27,220 nt of DNA, taken from assembly GCA_043815885.1 (NCBI GenBank), contig JBDRIL010000039.1, positions 1 to 27,220 on the forward strand. The letters are read 5' to 3'. A model generated the notes under the pieces. That model had not been told where the DNA came from. It did no database searches and saw nothing but the letters and a program-made list of their open reading frames with translations. Shown here piece after piece: positions 25,747 through 27,220 of this stretch. Both the position numbers and the translations under genes were made by a program. This DNA comes from an archaeon (GTDB lineage Archaea > Iainarchaeota > Iainarchaeia > Iainarchaeales > 1-14-0-10-31-34). Positions within the stretch are counted from its first letter, which is position 1. Every line of letters begins with the position of its first letter.

Positions 25747-26106
25747 GTTAACTGAAAAAATTTCATTAAAAAATAGAAGAAGGAAAGCCCGAATTGAACT
25801 TTCCTCCTTTGCCTTTGTCTTCCTTTGCAGAATTCGGGGTGATATACCCTTATACTATACCCACTTTCTCATATAATAACTTTGTGGTTAAAAATCCGAA
25901 ATTTTGGCCCTCAAATTATTTGGAAAAACAAGTCAATTTGGGGTGGGCTGGTTTTTTTCTAATCAAATTATTGGATTTTTATTTATTTCTGTGGGAAAAA
26001 TCCTTTAAGGGAGAAAAAATGGATTTTGGGCGGTACTTATTTGCAGTGAAGAATGCCAGAGAAGACACCTCACTGAAGAATCTTAGAATTTTTTTGTTGA
26101 TGCAAA

Positions 26107-26676
26107 ATGCTTGAAGAAATCAGGAAAGAATTAAAGGAGAGCATTAACGTAAAAAAGGCGGTAATGGACTATTGCTTGGAGGATACAAAAAAAGCAATTG
26201 AACTAATAATTGATTCGCTAAAAAGTGAAAATAAGATTTTATTGTGCGGGAATGGGGGAAGTGCGGCTGATACACAGCACGTTGCAACAGAGCTAGTCCA
26301 AAAATTAAGGAAAAAAAGGAAGGCCCTTCCTGCTTTATCTTTATGCACTGATAGCTCAATCCTGACTGCAGTGGGAAACGATGACGGATTTGAGAATATT
26401 TTCAGCAGACAGATAGAAGCTTTGGGGGATAAAGGAGATGTATTGATTGCTATTTCTACTAGCGGTAATTCATTGAATGTATTGAAGGCAGTTGAAGAGG
26501 CAAGGAAAAAAGGAATGAGGATTATTGGATTGACTGGAAGCAATGGAAAATTAAAGGAAGTGAGTGATGTAAGCATTAAGATTCCTTCTTCCAGTGTAGC
26601 AAGAATACAGGAAATGCATTTATTGATTGAGCACATCATCTGCAACAGGATAGAGGAAGAGTTCAAGGAAGAGTGA
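26107..26676 (+). CDS. gmhA: D-sedoheptulose 7-phosphate isomerase
   Basis: CGNGGSAADTQH, TAVGND, FSRQ, ISTSGNS, RIQEMH. Confidence 0.92.
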   Translation: MLEEIRKELKESINVKKAVMDYCLEDTKKAIELIIDSLKSENKILLCGNGGSAADTQHVATELVQKLRKKRKALPALSLCTDSSILTAVGNDDGFENIFSRQIEALGDKGDVLIAISTSGNSLNVLKAVEEARKKGMRIIGLTGSNGKLKEVSDVSIKIPSSSVARIQEMHLLIEHIICNRIEEEFKEE

Positions 26677-26680
26677 ATCA

Positions 26681-27217
26681 ATGAATAAAGCGGTTTTTCT
26701 GGATAGAGACGGAACAATAAATGAAGAAAAAAATTACTTATCCAGAGAAGAAGATTTTAAGTTTATTCCGGGAACAATTGAAGGCTTAAAGCTTTTAAGA
26801 GAAAAAGGATTCAAATTAATTGTAGTTACAAATCAATCAGGGATAGGAAGAGGTTTTGTGGAAGGGAAACAGGTTGAAAGAATCAATAAAAAAATGAAGG
26901 AAGAACTGAAGGAAGAAGAAGTGGAATTGGATGCAGTCTATGTTTGCCCTCATACCCCGGAGGAAGGATGTGATTGCAGAAAACCAAAAAATGCGTTGGT
27001 TAAGATAGCGGAAAAGGAATTCAAACTGGACCTGAAAAAGAGTTTCTTTGTTGGGGACAAGACAATTGACATTCAATTGGGAAAGAATTGCAACGGGAGA
27101 ACAATTCTATTGAAGACAGGTTATGGGGGAAGTGACAAAAAATTTAAAGTAAAGCCAGATTACATTGCTGAAGATTTAAGGAATGCAGCAGAAATTATTT
27201 TGAGTGAAGAAAAATGA
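26681..27217 (+). CDS. gmhB: D-glycero-D-manno-heptose 1,7-bisphosphate phosphatase (HAD IIIA)
   Basis: FLDRDGTIN, TNQSGIGRG, CPH....CDCRKP, VGDK..D. Another ATG follows at 27218. Confidence 0.92.
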   Translation: MNKAVFLDRDGTINEEKNYLSREEDFKFIPGTIEGLKLLREKGFKLIVVTNQSGIGRGFVEGKQVERINKKMKEELKEEEVELDAVYVCPHTPEEGCDCRKPKNALVKIAEKEFKLDLKKSFFVGDKTIDIQLGKNCNGRTILLKTGYGGSDKKFKVKPDYIAEDLRNAAEIILSEEK

Positions 27218-27220
27218 ATG

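Noticed and set aside
25794..26114. 106-aa ORF upstream of gmhA, and a possible frameshifted FCGK...CSEEC zinc-finger remnant near 25990-26090
   Set aside because: Low-complexity F/L-rich translation with no RBS. The Cys motifs are in different frames and the first CxxC is incomplete.
210..27076. Many antisense or alternate-frame ORFs in the track (e.g. 210..515, 5021..5491, 11243..11611, 14593..15015, 18585..18812, 21906..22304, 26169..26717)
   Set aside because: They overlap well-supported genes and are S/F/L-rich shadow translations with no motifs.

Overview
AT-rich archaeal chromosomal segment. An archaeal origin is supported by a tRNA-Gln with an A1-U72 pair and no encoded CCA, a geranylgeranyl reductase, TATA-like promoters and GGTGA/GGAGG RBSs. 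A DPANN-type lineage is my inference, not a verified placement. The left ~17 kb is a surface-glycan locus: GT4, NDP-hexose C-methyltransferase, SAM methyltransferases, flippase, rfbCBDA (rfbB carries a LAGLIDADG intein right before its catalytic Thr), ugd-galU-uxs and a gmd-family dehydratase. It also contains two paralogous ribbon-helix-helix/sugar-nucleotidyltransferase fusion genes, each at a divergent promoter with candidate operator motifs. This pair is the most promising undescribed system, a possible nucleotide-sugar-sensing regulator. The right part holds apt-mtnP, two wHTH paralogs, an Ig/FN3 surface protein, GGR, tRNA-Gln(CTG), uppS, DUF192 and gmhA-gmhB. Items the ORF track misses: a paralogous methyltransferase tail at base 1, a GT4 C-terminal scar, mini-ORF scars, an IS200/IS605-like hairpin, a TIM-barrel gene frameshifted at an A10 tract, a small gene broken by TAG, and two tandem double-palindrome elements.
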